From the NCBI GenBank assembly GCA_028712375.1, contig JAQTQG010000006.1:1-61826 (forward strand): DNA of 61,826 nucleotides, in the 5' to 3' direction. The position numbers were made by a program, and so were the translations under genes. The stretch comes from Candidatus Omnitrophota bacterium (GTDB lineage: Bacteria; Omnitrophota; Gorgyraeia; Gygaellales; Profunditerraquicolaceae). Under the pieces are notes generated by a model. It saw only the letters and a program-made list of their open reading frames with translations, was not told the origin of the DNA and made no database searches. Shown here piece after piece: positions 36,644-46,772 of this stretch (its first letter is position 1; each line of letters opens with the position of its first letter).

Positions 36644-38651
36644 TGCTTACCTCTTTAAGCGCCGGTTTTTCTTCCAGCTTAACTTGCGCCGGCGCAGCCA
36701 CTGGGTTTAATTCCGCCGATTTAGCCTCCAAAGGCTTTACTTCAGCCAAACCGGCCGCCGGTGGAACAGGTTTTACTTCTATCGGTTTATCTTGTGGTTT
36801 AATTCCTGAAGCCGTCTTTTCTGCCGGCTTATTTTCTATAGGCTTGGTTTCTTGTGCAGGTTTTACTTCAGCCGGGACGGCTGCCTGCAAGTCAGGTGTT
36901 TGGCTTACGCTAATCAAATCCGCCGGTGGAACAGATTTTACTTCTGGCGGCTTCTTCTTAAAAACTAAAAGCTGCACTGAATAAGGACTTAATTCCATTT
37001 CTTCAGAATAACCTTGGCTAAAATCTATATCTTTTTCTAAATTTGGCTTGAATTCACAGTTCCGGGCGCAGCTACTATCAATTACATATTTGCTTAAAAT
37101 ATAGATATCTTTTGCGTTCTTTAATGAAACTTTGATCTTGCGGTTAACCGTAGAAAATTTATTAACTAAATTATTTAATTCAATGGCCCGCGTAAGCATA
37201 CCTTTGGTCTTAGCGCTAAGCCGCAGAGTAGCTAGGCTTAACTGGCCATCGAGGATTTTTTTCATCCGGTCGGATTTAATAATACCTAAAATTGCTTTTT
37301 GTTCGGCTCTGTTTAAATAAACTATATTATGCGAAAGATAATTCATCGCGGCTTGCGGATCGATATAGTTGTAAACAAGCAAAGCCAGATAATCTGCAGA
37401 ACGTGTGGGGATTACTCCTACAAATTCATCGCTGAATTTAGCGGTAAACAAATCCTGCCCCAAGAGAGCAAGCATCCGCCAAACGTTATAATTAGCTTTT
37501 GCCTGCCCTTTGCCCTCTCTGCGGGAAGGATCAAAGGAAAAAACACCTAAATTCCTGATCGCTCCGGTTTCATTGTCCCCAAAATCTTCCAAACAAAAAT
37601 AAGTCTGATAGTCTATGCCGGCTTCCTGCATATTTTTCAGCCGGCCGGGAATATAACTGGCAGAGATATGCGCATTCTTGCCTCTGGCTGCTAGGATATT
37701 AGCTGAACCGTCAAAGTTCCATTCATCAATCAGCAAAGGTAATGCGCTGTCAAACTTAAAATAAGTCAACCATTCACGAATAAGTGCAATAAAAGGTTTT
37801 TTGTAAATAGTATCCTGTTTTTCTTCCGCCTGATCGCTGGAATAAGCATGCCAAGAAATAAAATCCAAAGGCAGCCGATAACTATAACAGTATTTTATCA
37901 ACTCATAAATTAAGCTGCGTTCCGGAGAAAGGATATTGTTAGGTTCAATATTTCTAAACCAGGCGCTTACGGAAGGCCCGCCTAAAGGTATGTGTATTTT
38001 AGTTTCCTGGCGCAGTTCTTTTACCGCTTCGCCCACCAGGCGGTAAAGGTTAAAATACTCTGAACGCCCTCCTATAAAAAAATCCCCGATATCCGGAGCG
38101 CTCCAAACTTCATACCAAATATTATATTTTTTCTCACAACTCAGCTTGCGGATAGTATTCTTGACCAACTCCTTATATACCTTTAAATTATGCGGAGCGC
38201 TATTCTGATCCAACACTGTGCCTAAACCGTTAGGCGTTCCATATAGATCTAAAATTACTGTTCCTCCGCTATCGCTTATTCTTTTAATTATCTCTTCATA
38301 ATTATTCAAGAGCTTCTGGTAGGCATCTTTATCATTGGCGAGCTGTTGAATCTCCCAGAAATTATATTGAATGCGGTAAAAATTACGCAAGCCCAGATCC
38401 TTCTGCCAAGTGGACAGCGCATCATCCGAAGCTAAAGTCCGCGGAATGGTTCTATCGTGCTGCTTGCCGCGCCCGCTTAAATCTATGCTTGTTTTATATA
38501 TTTTAGGAAGACTAACTGTGGGAGAGTTTAAGTCTAAATTAAATTCTAAATATTCTGTAACCTGGGCAGCAGAATTTCCCGCACAAAAAGGCAGAGAAAA
38601 GATTAAAGATAATAAAACTCCAAATACAACAGGCGGTAGTTTTTTAATCAT
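36627..38651 (-). CDS. secreted glycoside-hydrolase-like protein with Pro/Glu/Lys/Ala-rich C-terminal tail
   Basis: Signal peptide and a TIM-barrel-like region (NIWYEVWSAPD, IDEWNF). The last ~110 aa are low-complexity (EVKP/AEVKP-like repeats). Confidence 0.45.
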   Translation of the reverse strand: MIKKLPPVVFGVLLSLIFSLPFCAGNSAAQVTEYLEFNLDLNSPTVSLPKIYKTSIDLSGRGKQHDRTIPRTLASDDALSTWQKDLGLRNFYRIQYNFWEIQQLANDKDAYQKLLNNYEEIIKRISDSGGTVILDLYGTPNGLGTVLDQNSAPHNLKVYKELVKNTIRKLSCEKKYNIWYEVWSAPDIGDFFIGGRSEYFNLYRLVGEAVKELRQETKIHIPLGGPSVSAWFRNIEPNNILSPERSLIYELIKYCYSYRLPLDFISWHAYSSDQAEEKQDTIYKKPFIALIREWLTYFKFDSALPLLIDEWNFDGSANILAARGKNAHISASYIPGRLKNMQEAGIDYQTYFCLEDFGDNETGAIRNLGVFSFDPSRREGKGQAKANYNVWRMLALLGQDLFTAKFSDEFVGVIPTRSADYLALLVYNYIDPQAAMNYLSHNIVYLNRAEQKAILGIIKSDRMKKILDGQLSLATLRLSAKTKGMLTRAIELNNLVNKFSTVNRKIKVSLKNAKDIYILSKYVIDSSCARNCEFKPNLEKDIDFSQGYSEEMELSPYSVQLLVFKKKPPEVKSVPPADLISVSQTPDLQAAVPAEVKPAQETKPIENKPAEKTASGIKPQDKPIEVKPVPPAAGLAEVKPLEAKSAELNPVAAPAQVKLEEKPALKEVSNAENK

Positions 38652-39431
38652 TTAAATTTTCTTCTGAATTCTTAAAATGGAACGCGCCTTACCGGTTGTT
38701 TCATCTATGTCAATAAGGGCGCCATGTAATTGCACATTCCCTTCGGCAACTTCGAACCTGACTGGAATAGAACTCAAGAAACGCGTAAGCACATCTTCTA
38801 CTCTTCTGCCGATTACCGAATCATAAGGGCCTGTCATGCCCACGTCGGTAATATAGGCGGTCCCCTGCGGCAGAATTTTTTCATCAGCGGTTTGAATATG
38901 CGTATGCGTGCCTAAAATAGCCGATACCTTGCCATCCAGATACCAGCCTAAGGCGACTTTTTCAGAGGTAGCCTCCGCATGTATATCTACAATGATAATT
39001 TTAGTGTCTTTGGATAATTCTTCAGCAGCCTTAAGCGCAGCCTTGAAAGGACACTCCAGAGCGTCCATAAAAACCCGGCCGTTAATATTAATTACGCCGA
39101 CTTTGGCGCCATTTTTAGCTTTAAACACGCTGGCGCCGCGGCCCGGAGCCCCGCTGGGGAAATTTAACGGCCGCAAAATTCTTTCTTCTTGATTAATCAA
39201 TTCGAAAATTTCGGGTTTCTTCCAAATGTGGTCACCAGAGGTAAGCACGTCCGCCCCGGAGGCAAAAAGTTCAGTAGCCACCCGCAAGGTAATCCCTGAT
39301 CCTCCGGAGGCATTTTCGGCATTAGCAATTACAAAATCAATCTGTAATTCCTGCTTAAGGGGAGCAACTAACTTTTTAATTGCTTCTCTGCCCGGGCTGC
39401 CGACGACATCTCCAATAAAAAGTATTTTCAT
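38652..39431 (-). CDS. ymdB: YmdB-family metallophosphoesterase (2',3'-cyclic-nucleotide phosphodiesterase-like)
   Basis: MKILFIGDVVG..GR, ANAENASGG.G, GDHIW and HAEATSEK motifs. The start is moved from the track GTG at 39446 to ATG 39431. Confidence 0.85.
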   Translation of the reverse strand: MKILFIGDVVGSPGREAIKKLVAPLKQELQIDFVIANAENASGGSGITLRVATELFASGADVLTSGDHIWKKPEIFELINQEERILRPLNFPSGAPGRGASVFKAKNGAKVGVININGRVFMDALECPFKAALKAAEELSKDTKIIIVDIHAEATSEKVALGWYLDGKVSAILGTHTHIQTADEKILPQGTAYITDVGMTGPYDSVIGRRVEDVLTRFLSSIPVRFEVAEGNVQLHGALIDIDETTGKARSILRIQKKI

Positions 39432-39479
39432 AGTTGATGACGGCACAATTTACATAAACAAAAATAGGTGGTTATAGGA

Positions 39480-39541
39480 ATTTGAGCACCTCAAGTTTCA
39501 GTCCAGCGAAATCCTTGATCGAACATCAGTGAGATCAAGGA
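39480..39541 (+). repeat. copy of a short conserved module ATTTGAGCACCT-N12-CAGCGAAATCC-hairpin
   Basis: Both blocks are identical, at the same 12-nt spacing, to those in each 94-bp tRNA-Gln repeat unit, but on the opposite strand. A 9-bp hairpin TCCTTGATC/GATCAAGGA follows. Confidence 0.6.
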
Positions 39542-39554
39542 TAATCCCGTAGAG

Positions 39555-39585
39555 TGTGGCAAAATTTAATAAAAATTTTGCCACA
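39555..39585. repeat. 13-bp perfect inverted repeat just downstream of rny
   Basis: TGTGGCAAAATTT-AATAA-AAATTTTGCCACA. No U-tract follows on either strand. Confidence 0.6.
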
Positions 39586-39611
39586 GATTCCGAGACGAGA
39601 TAAAACATAAT

Positions 39612-41168
39612 TTACTTAGCATATTCAATCGTGCGCATCTCGCGAATTACGGTAACCTTGATCTGACCGGGATATTCCATCCCTTCCTCAATCTTTTTGC
39701 GGATATCCCTGCACATGGTTATTGCTTCATTATCATTGATCTTTTCTGGCTGTACAATCACCCGGATCTCGCGGCCGGCCTGAATAGCAAAAGATTTTTC
39801 TACTCCTTTAAACAGATTAGCAATGGACTCTAATTTATCCAAACGCTTAACATAGATTTCCAATGTTTCTCTTCTGGCTCCGGGCCGGGCTGCGCTCACC
39901 GCATCCGCAGCAATCGCTAAAACCGCATACATCGTCTGTGCGGGAGCCTCTTCATGATGGGATTCGATCGCCGCAATTACCTCAGCGCTTTCATTATACT
40001 TTTTAGCTAAATCCGCACCCAACTTAGCATGCGTACCTTCCACTTGATGATCCACAGCTTTACCAATATCATGTAAAAGCCCTATTCTGCGGCCAAGTTT
40101 AAAATCTAAACCCAGTTCCGAAGCCATAATCCCCAGCAGAAAAGAAACTTCCTTGGAATGCTGCAAAGCATTTTGGCCATAGCTGGTGCGATATTTCAGG
40201 CGCCCTAAGAGTTTAATTATCTCCGGATGTAAACCATTAACTCCTGCCTCAAAAGCCACCCGCTCGCCTTCTTCGCGGATCTTCTCATCCATCTCCTTTT
40301 TAGTTTTTTCAACAATTTCTTCAATCCGCCCGGGATGAATCCTGCCGTCTGAGATAAGCTTCTCTAGGCTTAAGCGGGCAATTTCCCGGCGCACAGCATC
40401 AAAACCGGATAAAGTAACCGCGCCCGGAGTATCATCAATAATTACATCTACCCCGGTAGCCATTTCTAGCGCCCGGATATTTCTTCCTTCGCGGCCGATT
40501 ATCCTGCCCTTCATTTCATCATTAGGTAAAGTCACTACGCTCACCGTTGACTCAACGGTGTGTTCTGCGGCACAGCGCTGGATAGCCAGGCTTAAAATTT
40601 CACGGGCCTTTTTATCCGCGATACTACGCACCTCTTCTTCCTGACGCCGGATAAAAACCGCTTTTTCATTATTTAATTCTTCATTCAAACGGCCTAATAA
40701 AATTTGCTTTGCTTCTTCCGCAGATAAAGAAGAAATTTTTTGCAAGCGCTCTTTTTCTTCGGCAACCAAAGCATGCAATTGATTCTCTTTAGACTTTAAA
40801 GATTCTTCATGCTTCTTAAGATTGTCATTATGCGCCTCGACTTCTTTTTCCTTTCTTTCGACCAGATCAATCCGACGGTCAATATTCTCTTCCTTTTGGG
40901 TTAACCTTTTTTCAAGATTAACGATCTCCAATTTACGGTCTTTAATCTCGCGCTCAAAATCCTGGCGCATACGGTATAAAAGATCTTTGGCTTCCAGCTC
41001 CGCCTCCCGGCGCTTATCCAAAACATCTTTTTTAGCTACCTCCAGGATATGCTCGGCTTGCAGTTCGGCACTTTTAACTCTTTTTTCCGCGATATATTTT
41101 CTTAGGAAATAACCGCAATATGCGGCAACCAGGGCACCAAATAAGGGTAACACTATGTTAAGAATCAT
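39612..41168 (-). CDS. rny: ribonuclease Y
   Basis: N-terminal TM helix, long coiled coil, KH domain (GRIIGREGRNIRA) and HD domain (LLHDIGKA). Confidence 0.93.
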   Translation of the reverse strand: MILNIVLPLFGALVAAYCGYFLRKYIAEKRVKSAELQAEHILEVAKKDVLDKRREAELEAKDLLYRMRQDFEREIKDRKLEIVNLEKRLTQKEENIDRRIDLVERKEKEVEAHNDNLKKHEESLKSKENQLHALVAEEKERLQKISSLSAEEAKQILLGRLNEELNNEKAVFIRRQEEEVRSIADKKAREILSLAIQRCAAEHTVESTVSVVTLPNDEMKGRIIGREGRNIRALEMATGVDVIIDDTPGAVTLSGFDAVRREIARLSLEKLISDGRIHPGRIEEIVEKTKKEMDEKIREEGERVAFEAGVNGLHPEIIKLLGRLKYRTSYGQNALQHSKEVSFLLGIMASELGLDFKLGRRIGLLHDIGKAVDHQVEGTHAKLGADLAKKYNESAEVIAAIESHHEEAPAQTMYAVLAIAADAVSAARPGARRETLEIYVKRLDKLESIANLFKGVEKSFAIQAGREIRVIVQPEKINDNEAITMCRDIRKKIEEGMEYPGQIKVTVIREMRTIEYAK

Positions 41169-41227
41169 TTCTCTTCCTCCCGTTTAACCTTAATTAACTA
41201 TTCTAATGTGAAGCTTTTTTAGGAGTG

Positions 41228-41803
41228 CTAGGAAAAGATAACTTTCTTGACGCTTACATCATAGGAAGTGGTGGGGACTAGGGGTAAGATTTGGAAATCA
41301 AAAGCTAAGCCTATAGAAGGTGTTTTTTCAAGGGTGCACAAAAAACGGTCATAGCAACCTTTACCGCGGCCCAGGCGATTTCCTTTTTTATCAAAAGCTA
41401 GGCCGGGGACAATCACAAGATCCAGATCCTTTGGCTTAACCTGAGCACGCGCTACAGGTTCTAAAACACCATAAGGCCCTTTTCTTAATTTTACACAATC
41501 TTCTAATATAGCTGGCTGCATAGTTTCTTTATCTTTTCTACAAACTGGCACGCAGATGAGCTTGCCTATTTTTTTAGCTTCCCTAATCATTTCTTCAGTA
41601 TTTACTTCACCACCAAAAGCAATGTAAAACATCACTATCTTGGCCTTTTTAAAAACCTTATCCCTTAAAAGTTTAGCAGTAATTAACCTACTTTTTCGGC
41701 TTCGGTCTTCCTCCTTCTGTGTTTTTAATCTTAAAAGGATTTTACTACGTATTTGAGCTTTTGTCAACCCAGCTCTTCCTTTAAGTAAACCTGTATTTTT
41801 CAT
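41228..41803 (-). CDS. 5-formyltetrahydrofolate cyclo-ligase
   Basis: LDLVIVPGLAFDKKGNRLGRGKGCYDR is characteristic of MTHFS. The track start is TTG at 41818; ATG 41803 is preferred. Confidence 0.8.
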   Translation of the reverse strand: MKNTGLLKGRAGLTKAQIRSKILLRLKTQKEEDRSRKSRLITAKLLRDKVFKKAKIVMFYIAFGGEVNTEEMIREAKKIGKLICVPVCRKDKETMQPAILEDCVKLRKGPYGVLEPVARAQVKPKDLDLVIVPGLAFDKKGNRLGRGKGCYDRFLCTLEKTPSIGLAFDFQILPLVPTTSYDVSVKKVIFS

Positions 41804-41857
41804 AATATTAACTACCAACTATTGTTAAGCCCCTGATTTAAAAAACCGGGAGCAGAG

Positions 41858-42295
41858 CTATAAACAAGTTTCCCCTTCATGGGCATGCCCCTTATCCTCA
41901 AACGGAACCTCTTTGCCCTGCCGCTTGTAATAATCTTTCAGCGCCGAACGCAAAGCCTCTTCCGCCAAAACTGAACAATGCATCTTTTTCGCCGGCAGCC
42001 CGCCTAAGGCTTCTGCTACAGCAGCATTAGTAACCGCTAAAGCTTCTGTGATGGTTTTGCCTTTAACCATCTCGGTGACCATCGAGCTTGTCGCCACAGC
42101 CGCACCGCAGCCAAAAGTCTTAAACTTTACATCCACAATCACTTCTTTCTCTATTTTTAAATACATTTTCATCACATCCCCGCAAACCGGGTTGCCTACC
42201 GTGCCGACGCCACTGGCATCGATAATCTCGCCAACATTACGCGGATTGGTAAAATGCTCCATAACTTTTTCGCTATACGGAAGTTGTTCTGCCAT
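41858..42295 (-). CDS. NifU/IscU-type Fe-S cluster scaffold protein
   Basis: YSEKVMEHF.NPRN.G, GNPVCGD, FKTFGCGAA and HCS motifs. Confidence 0.88.
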   Translation of the reverse strand: MAEQLPYSEKVMEHFTNPRNVGEIIDASGVGTVGNPVCGDVMKMYLKIEKEVIVDVKFKTFGCGAAVATSSMVTEMVKGKTITEALAVTNAAVAEALGGLPAKKMHCSVLAEEALRSALKDYYKRQGKEVPFEDKGHAHEGETCL

Positions 42296-42296
42296 A

Positions 42297-42947
42297 TTAT
42301 TTCATAATTAACTTGTGCGGCTTGGTTGATTTATCGAAATTTTTAGGTTTTCTTATTTCTTTCAAAGACGCTAATTTTTTCTTCTTATCCAATTCTTTAT
42401 AGATTAAAATCCAGGCACAATCCTTTTGATTATCTACTTCACATTTACCTTGATTAACCCCGCCACAAGGCCCATTAAGCAGCCCTTTCGGACACAAAGT
42501 AATCGGGCATATCCCGCCCGTTTCATTTAAAACACATTCGGCGCACATTGAACATTTTTCAAAAAAATTACCCTGGGCATCCATTACCGCGCCAAACAAT
42601 GAATCGCAGGCAGAAAATACCATGAGCCCTAAACGGTCATTATCCTGAAATGACTGCGCCCCTAAACCACAGGCTAATACTAAAACCGCCTCCGACTGTC
42701 GTAAAGCTGGCAAATTTTTAGCCAATTCTATCTTAAGCTTAGCAGCAACGCAAGGAGCAGACGGAATACATGACCCGGTAATAATTTTACCTGCTGCTTC
42801 CAATTCCTGTTGCATCTTGGCAATCTCCGGCTGGCCGCCACTTTTACAAGTAGTTGCACACTCCCCGCAGCCCAACAAGAATATTTTATTATACCCTTTT
42901 AGGCTAGACAACAAATCATTAAGCGGCTTTTGCTGGCTGATAATCAT
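42297..42947 (-). CDS. methylenetetrahydrofolate reductase C-terminal-domain (MetV-like) Cys-rich protein
   Basis: GCGECATTCKSGG and CPKGLLNGPCGG, characteristic of the MTHFR_C family. Confidence 0.7.
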   Translation of the reverse strand: MIISQQKPLNDLLSSLKGYNKIFLLGCGECATTCKSGGQPEIAKMQQELEAAGKIITGSCIPSAPCVAAKLKIELAKNLPALRQSEAVLVLACGLGAQSFQDNDRLGLMVFSACDSLFGAVMDAQGNFFEKCSMCAECVLNETGGICPITLCPKGLLNGPCGGVNQGKCEVDNQKDCAWILIYKELDKKKKLASLKEIRKPKNFDKSTKPHKLIMK

Positions 42948-42999
42948 ATCAGAAATTTTATCATACTTTTATTCCCTGCTCAAGGCAAAAAGAAAAGCT

Positions 43000-45027
43000 T
43001 TATTCATTACGGAAATATTCTTCCATCGTTTCAAAAAATTCTTTATTTTTGTTTCTTTTTTCGCCGATGATATCTTCCAACTCTAAATCATCCAGGCCAG
43101 AAAGAGCACCGCTATTTTGCACATCCACAAATTCTTCCAGCAAACCCCCCTGTTCTAAGAAACGGGAAACCTGAGTAAAAACAGACCCGCCGCCATCCAT
43201 AAAACTGCGGGGAGAACGATCCAGGTGCGGTTTTAATAAAAATAAATTCACCTTAGCCCGCGTAGCCGCAACATAAAATAAACGCCTCTCTTCTTCAATC
43301 TGCTCATCAGTTTCTAAAGACAGGTAGGAAGGCAGGTGCCCTTCGGCGACATAAATTAAAAATACGGTATGCCACTCCAGGCCTTTGGCGGAATGTATTG
43401 TGGAAAGAGTAAGCGGGGCATCATCTTTATCCTGGCGCGCAGGCTCAACCAACATTCTTTCCGGAGGCTCCAGCGCCATATCCACTAAAAACTGTTCCGT
43501 AGTTTTGTAGCGCTGGGCAATTCTAAGCAGCGAATCCAGGTCATTTAAACGCTTATTAAAATCATCATACTTAATTTTTAATAGCGGCTGATAATAACCA
43601 AGAAAACTTTCAATAACTGAAGCCGGGCTATCGCACTCCAAATCCACCTCTTTCAATAATTCAAACAGTTTCTTAAGTTCGTCGTTTTTCTGCCAAAGTT
43701 CCTCTAGCTTAGACTGATCCAGAATTGCTTCAATAATTTTAGCCGCACTTTTAGGGCCAATCCTGGGAATTAACAAAAGAACGCGTAACCAGCTTACTTG
43801 ATCATGCCTGTTATAAGCAATGCGCAAATAACTTACTATATCTTTAATATGTGCTGCCTCCACAAATTTCTGTCCGCCGTATTTTGTAAATGGAATATTC
43901 CGGCTGGCCAGCTCCACTTCTAAATCATTAGAATGCCATCCGGAACGAAAAAGCACGGCGACATCTTTTAAAGCCACTCCTTCCTCTCTTAATTCCAGGA
44001 TTTTTTCTGCCACAAAAACAGATTGCGCATTCTCATCCGGACAGTCAACAAAAACAGGAGTATTACCGCCTTGTTTCCTGGTGTAAAGGTTTTTCTCAAA
44101 TTTCTCTTTAGCTTGAGCAATCACGGCGTTTGTCAAATTCAGGATTGGCTGAGTAGAGCGATAATTTTCTTCCAAAGTAATAATTCTTGTCCCTTTAAAA
44201 ATCTTGGGAAAATCGATAATGTTTTTGAAATTCGCACCCCGGAACGAGTAGATGCTTTGCGCATCATCACCTACTACCATAATATTAGCGTGGTCGGCGG
44301 CCAACAAGCAAGCAATGTGCGCCTGCAGTTTATTCGTATCCTGATATTCATCAACCATAATATACTGGTATTTGGCGCTTAAACTGGCGCGGACATCTTC
44401 ATGCTTGGTGAGCAAATTCTTCAAAAAAACCAGTAAATCATCGTAATCCAAAAGGGATTTTTGATATTTATACTTAATATATTCATCGCGGATTTTTTTA
44501 ATCTCTTCGACAAATTCAATAAATTGCGGATATTCATCCATTAACACCCCAGAAATTTCCTCGGATTTATTCACGCTTTTGGAAATTACCTCTAAAATAG
44601 CATGTTTGCGCGGAAAACGTTTTTCGGTTTTATGAAAGTTCAATTGTGTGCGAATCAGGTTTATCGCGTCTTCGCTGTCGGCCTGGTCAAGAATAGTAAA
44701 ATTATTACTGATTCCTAAAAGTTTAGCATACTTTCTTAAAATCATATTGGCAAAAGAATGGAACGTCCCGCCGGAAACATGCTTGCAACGTTCATCCAAT
44801 AACAGGCTGGCCCGGCGCAGCATCTCTTCGGCAGACCGGCGCGTAAAAGTAAGCAGAAGTATATTTTCCGGAGTTATGCCTTGTTCAACTAGATAGGCAA
44901 CCCGGTGCACTAAAACACGCGTTTTGCCGCTGCCGGCTCCGGCAATCACCAAATGCGGGCCAGTAATCGATTCAACGGCTTTAAGTTGTGCAGAATTTAA
45001 TTCCTGCTGATAATTTATTTTTTTCAT
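43000..45027 (-). CDS. UvrD/PcrA/Rep-family ATP-dependent DNA helicase
   Basis: LN..Q..AV, AGAGSGKT, VDEYQDTN, ENYRST and TIHSAKGLEW motifs. Confidence 0.9.
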   Translation of the reverse strand: MKKINYQQELNSAQLKAVESITGPHLVIAGAGSGKTRVLVHRVAYLVEQGITPENILLLTFTRRSAEEMLRRASLLLDERCKHVSGGTFHSFANMILRKYAKLLGISNNFTILDQADSEDAINLIRTQLNFHKTEKRFPRKHAILEVISKSVNKSEEISGVLMDEYPQFIEFVEEIKKIRDEYIKYKYQKSLLDYDDLLVFLKNLLTKHEDVRASLSAKYQYIMVDEYQDTNKLQAHIACLLAADHANIMVVGDDAQSIYSFRGANFKNIIDFPKIFKGTRIITLEENYRSTQPILNLTNAVIAQAKEKFEKNLYTRKQGGNTPVFVDCPDENAQSVFVAEKILELREEGVALKDVAVLFRSGWHSNDLEVELASRNIPFTKYGGQKFVEAAHIKDIVSYLRIAYNRHDQVSWLRVLLLIPRIGPKSAAKIIEAILDQSKLEELWQKNDELKKLFELLKEVDLECDSPASVIESFLGYYQPLLKIKYDDFNKRLNDLDSLLRIAQRYKTTEQFLVDMALEPPERMLVEPARQDKDDAPLTLSTIHSAKGLEWHTVFLIYVAEGHLPSYLSLETDEQIEEERRLFYVAATRAKVNLFLLKPHLDRSPRSFMDGGGSVFTQVSRFLEQGGLLEEFVDVQNSGALSGLDDLELEDIIGEKRNKNKEFFETMEEYFRNE

Positions 45028-45086
45028 CCTGCACCTTCTTTTTAATTAATATACCAAACCTACGTTCTTAATAATTGAATATTTAA

Positions 45087-45117
45087 AAGGTGTCGGATTC
45101 ATATCCGGACACACCTT
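45087..45117 (-). terminator. possible intrinsic terminator after the cyclophilin gene
   Basis: 7+5-bp bulged stem AAGGTGT..CGGAT/ATCCG..ACACCTT. The downstream U-tract (TTAAATATT) is weak. Confidence 0.35.
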
Positions 45118-45183
45118 CGGTAATTCTCAACAAAACAACACGCTGCTTTAGCGGTTATTGAGTTAGTTTTTCAGCGGGCTATT

Positions 45184-45735
45184 TTAGACGCTGGGTTTTA
45201 TATACGCTCGGGTGATCTTCTGTTGGGCGAGCGGACGGTCATCGGCATCAGTCGGAGTATTTTCAATTTTTTGCGCTACCTCTAATCCTTCCACAACTTC
45301 ACCGAAAATGGTATGGCGCATATTCAACCAAGGCGTTTTAGCACAAGTAATAAAAAACTGGCTGCCGTTGGTGTTTGGACCGGCATTGGCCATCGCCAAT
45401 ATTCCGGGGCCATCAAAAGTGACCGCGGGAGTCACTTCATCTTCAAAGGATTTACCCCAAATTGATGTCCCCCCGGCTCCGGTTCCCGTAGGATCTCCGC
45501 CCTGGATCATAAAACCTTTAATCACCCGGTGGAAAATCAAACCATTATAATATCCTTTTTCTACCAACTTAATAAAATTTTCACAAGTTTTTGGCGCAAT
45601 ATCGGTTTTTAGTTTAATTTCAATATTCCCCTGGCTAGTTTCCAAAACCACAATTTTATCTTCCATCGCCGAAACCCCTCCATAATAAAAAGTTAACCCT
45701 AAAATTAATATTACCGTAACGATTTTCATCTTCAC
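45184..45735 (-). CDS. peptidyl-prolyl cis-trans isomerase (cyclophilin type), secreted
   Basis: FHRVI.GFMIQGGDP.GTG.GG.SIWG and MAN.GPNTNGSQFFI, with an N-terminal signal. Confidence 0.9.
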   Translation of the reverse strand: MKMKIVTVILILGLTFYYGGVSAMEDKIVVLETSQGNIEIKLKTDIAPKTCENFIKLVEKGYYNGLIFHRVIKGFMIQGGDPTGTGAGGTSIWGKSFEDEVTPAVTFDGPGILAMANAGPNTNGSQFFITCAKTPWLNMRHTIFGEVVEGLEVAQKIENTPTDADDRPLAQQKITRAYIKPSV

Positions 45736-45737
45736 AA

Positions 45738-46772
45738 CTACTCCTGCGTCCCTTCTTTTTTTTGCTGCTCTTTAGTATCTTGCGTTCCTTGCTCCGGCTC
45801 CGCATCCGGCGCCCTGGTTTCTTCTGACGCCACTCCTTTTACCGGCTTAATCTCCTCAGAAACATCCCCGCCGGAAAGTGATTCCGGGGGCTTGCTTTGC
45901 TCAGCCTGTTTACCCTCCTGTTTGGATTCTTCGCTTACAATTTCAACTGGTTTTTTAATTTCTTCGGGCAGATTCTCCTTATTTTCCTCCGGAACAGCCT
46001 GCGCTATTTTAATATCTGCTGCCGGGCTTGTTTCTTTAGCCAAATGCGGTTTTTTATCCTGCTCCTGGCGCAAATGCATAATCTCAGCAGCAAAACTTTT
46101 CAATTTTTCTTGAGCAGCTTCCAGCTCTTTTTCTATCTCCGTATATTCTTTATTTAATTGATTGAACTCTAATTTGGGAACCCACTCGCTGATTTTTTCT
46201 TTACGATTGAATTCCGCGATTGTTGCCAAATGCTCATTAATCGTTTTCAACTGGCTTTCAATCTGATGTTTCTGCGCTTGCAGCTGATCTTCTTTAAGCC
46301 GGCAAGCCATATCCTTAGACTCCAAATCAGACTTTATCTGGCGCATTTCCCGGTCTAAATTTACATTTTTAGCAAACTCTCCCTGCAATTCATTTTCCTT
46401 AGCCAGAAATTTACTATTTAAATCCGCATTCTCTGCTCTAACTTTGGCTAATTCCGCTTCTGCCTTGGCCACCCACTCTTCCCTGCGTTTTAGCTCAACC
46501 AAAAATTCCGCCTCTTTCTCCTGCAGTGTCACCGTACCGGATCTTTCGCCCGCTGAAGCCGCCCTGGCTTCTTCCAACTGACTTTCTAGCTTAGCTACCT
46601 GACTTTGTAAACGTTGAATTTTCTGTTCTTTACCCACGTCTTCCACGGGCCCCGCATTAACCTGGTGCTTTTGTTTTTTTGAAGAAGCCGGACCTTCAGT
46701 AAACACGCTAAAGACAGCATAAATAACCGCGCTTACGCCTAAGACTACCAAAATTTGCATAATAAGCATCAT
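45738..46772 (-). CDS. membrane-anchored coiled-coil protein with acidic C-terminal tail
   Basis: N-terminal TM helix, about 200 aa of heptad-like E/K/Q/L-rich sequence, and an E/K/P/Q-rich tail. No family recognised. Confidence 0.5.
   Translation of the reverse strand: MMLIMQILVVLGVSAVIYAVFSVFTEGPASSKKQKHQVNAGPVEDVGKEQKIQRLQSQVAKLESQLEEARAASAGERSGTVTLQEKEAEFLVELKRREEWVAKAEAELAKVRAENADLNSKFLAKENELQGEFAKNVNLDREMRQIKSDLESKDMACRLKEDQLQAQKHQIESQLKTINEHLATIAEFNRKEKISEWVPKLEFNQLNKEYTEIEKELEAAQEKLKSFAAEIMHLRQEQDKKPHLAKETSPAADIKIAQAVPEENKENLPEEIKKPVEIVSEESKQEGKQAEQSKPPESLSGGDVSEEIKPVKGVASEETRAPDAEPEQGTQDTKEQQKKEGTQE

Noticed and set aside
39555-39585. The 13-bp perfect hairpin after rny considered as an intrinsic terminator.
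   Set aside because: No U-tract follows on the minus strand (CTCTACGGG), so it is recorded only as an inverted repeat.
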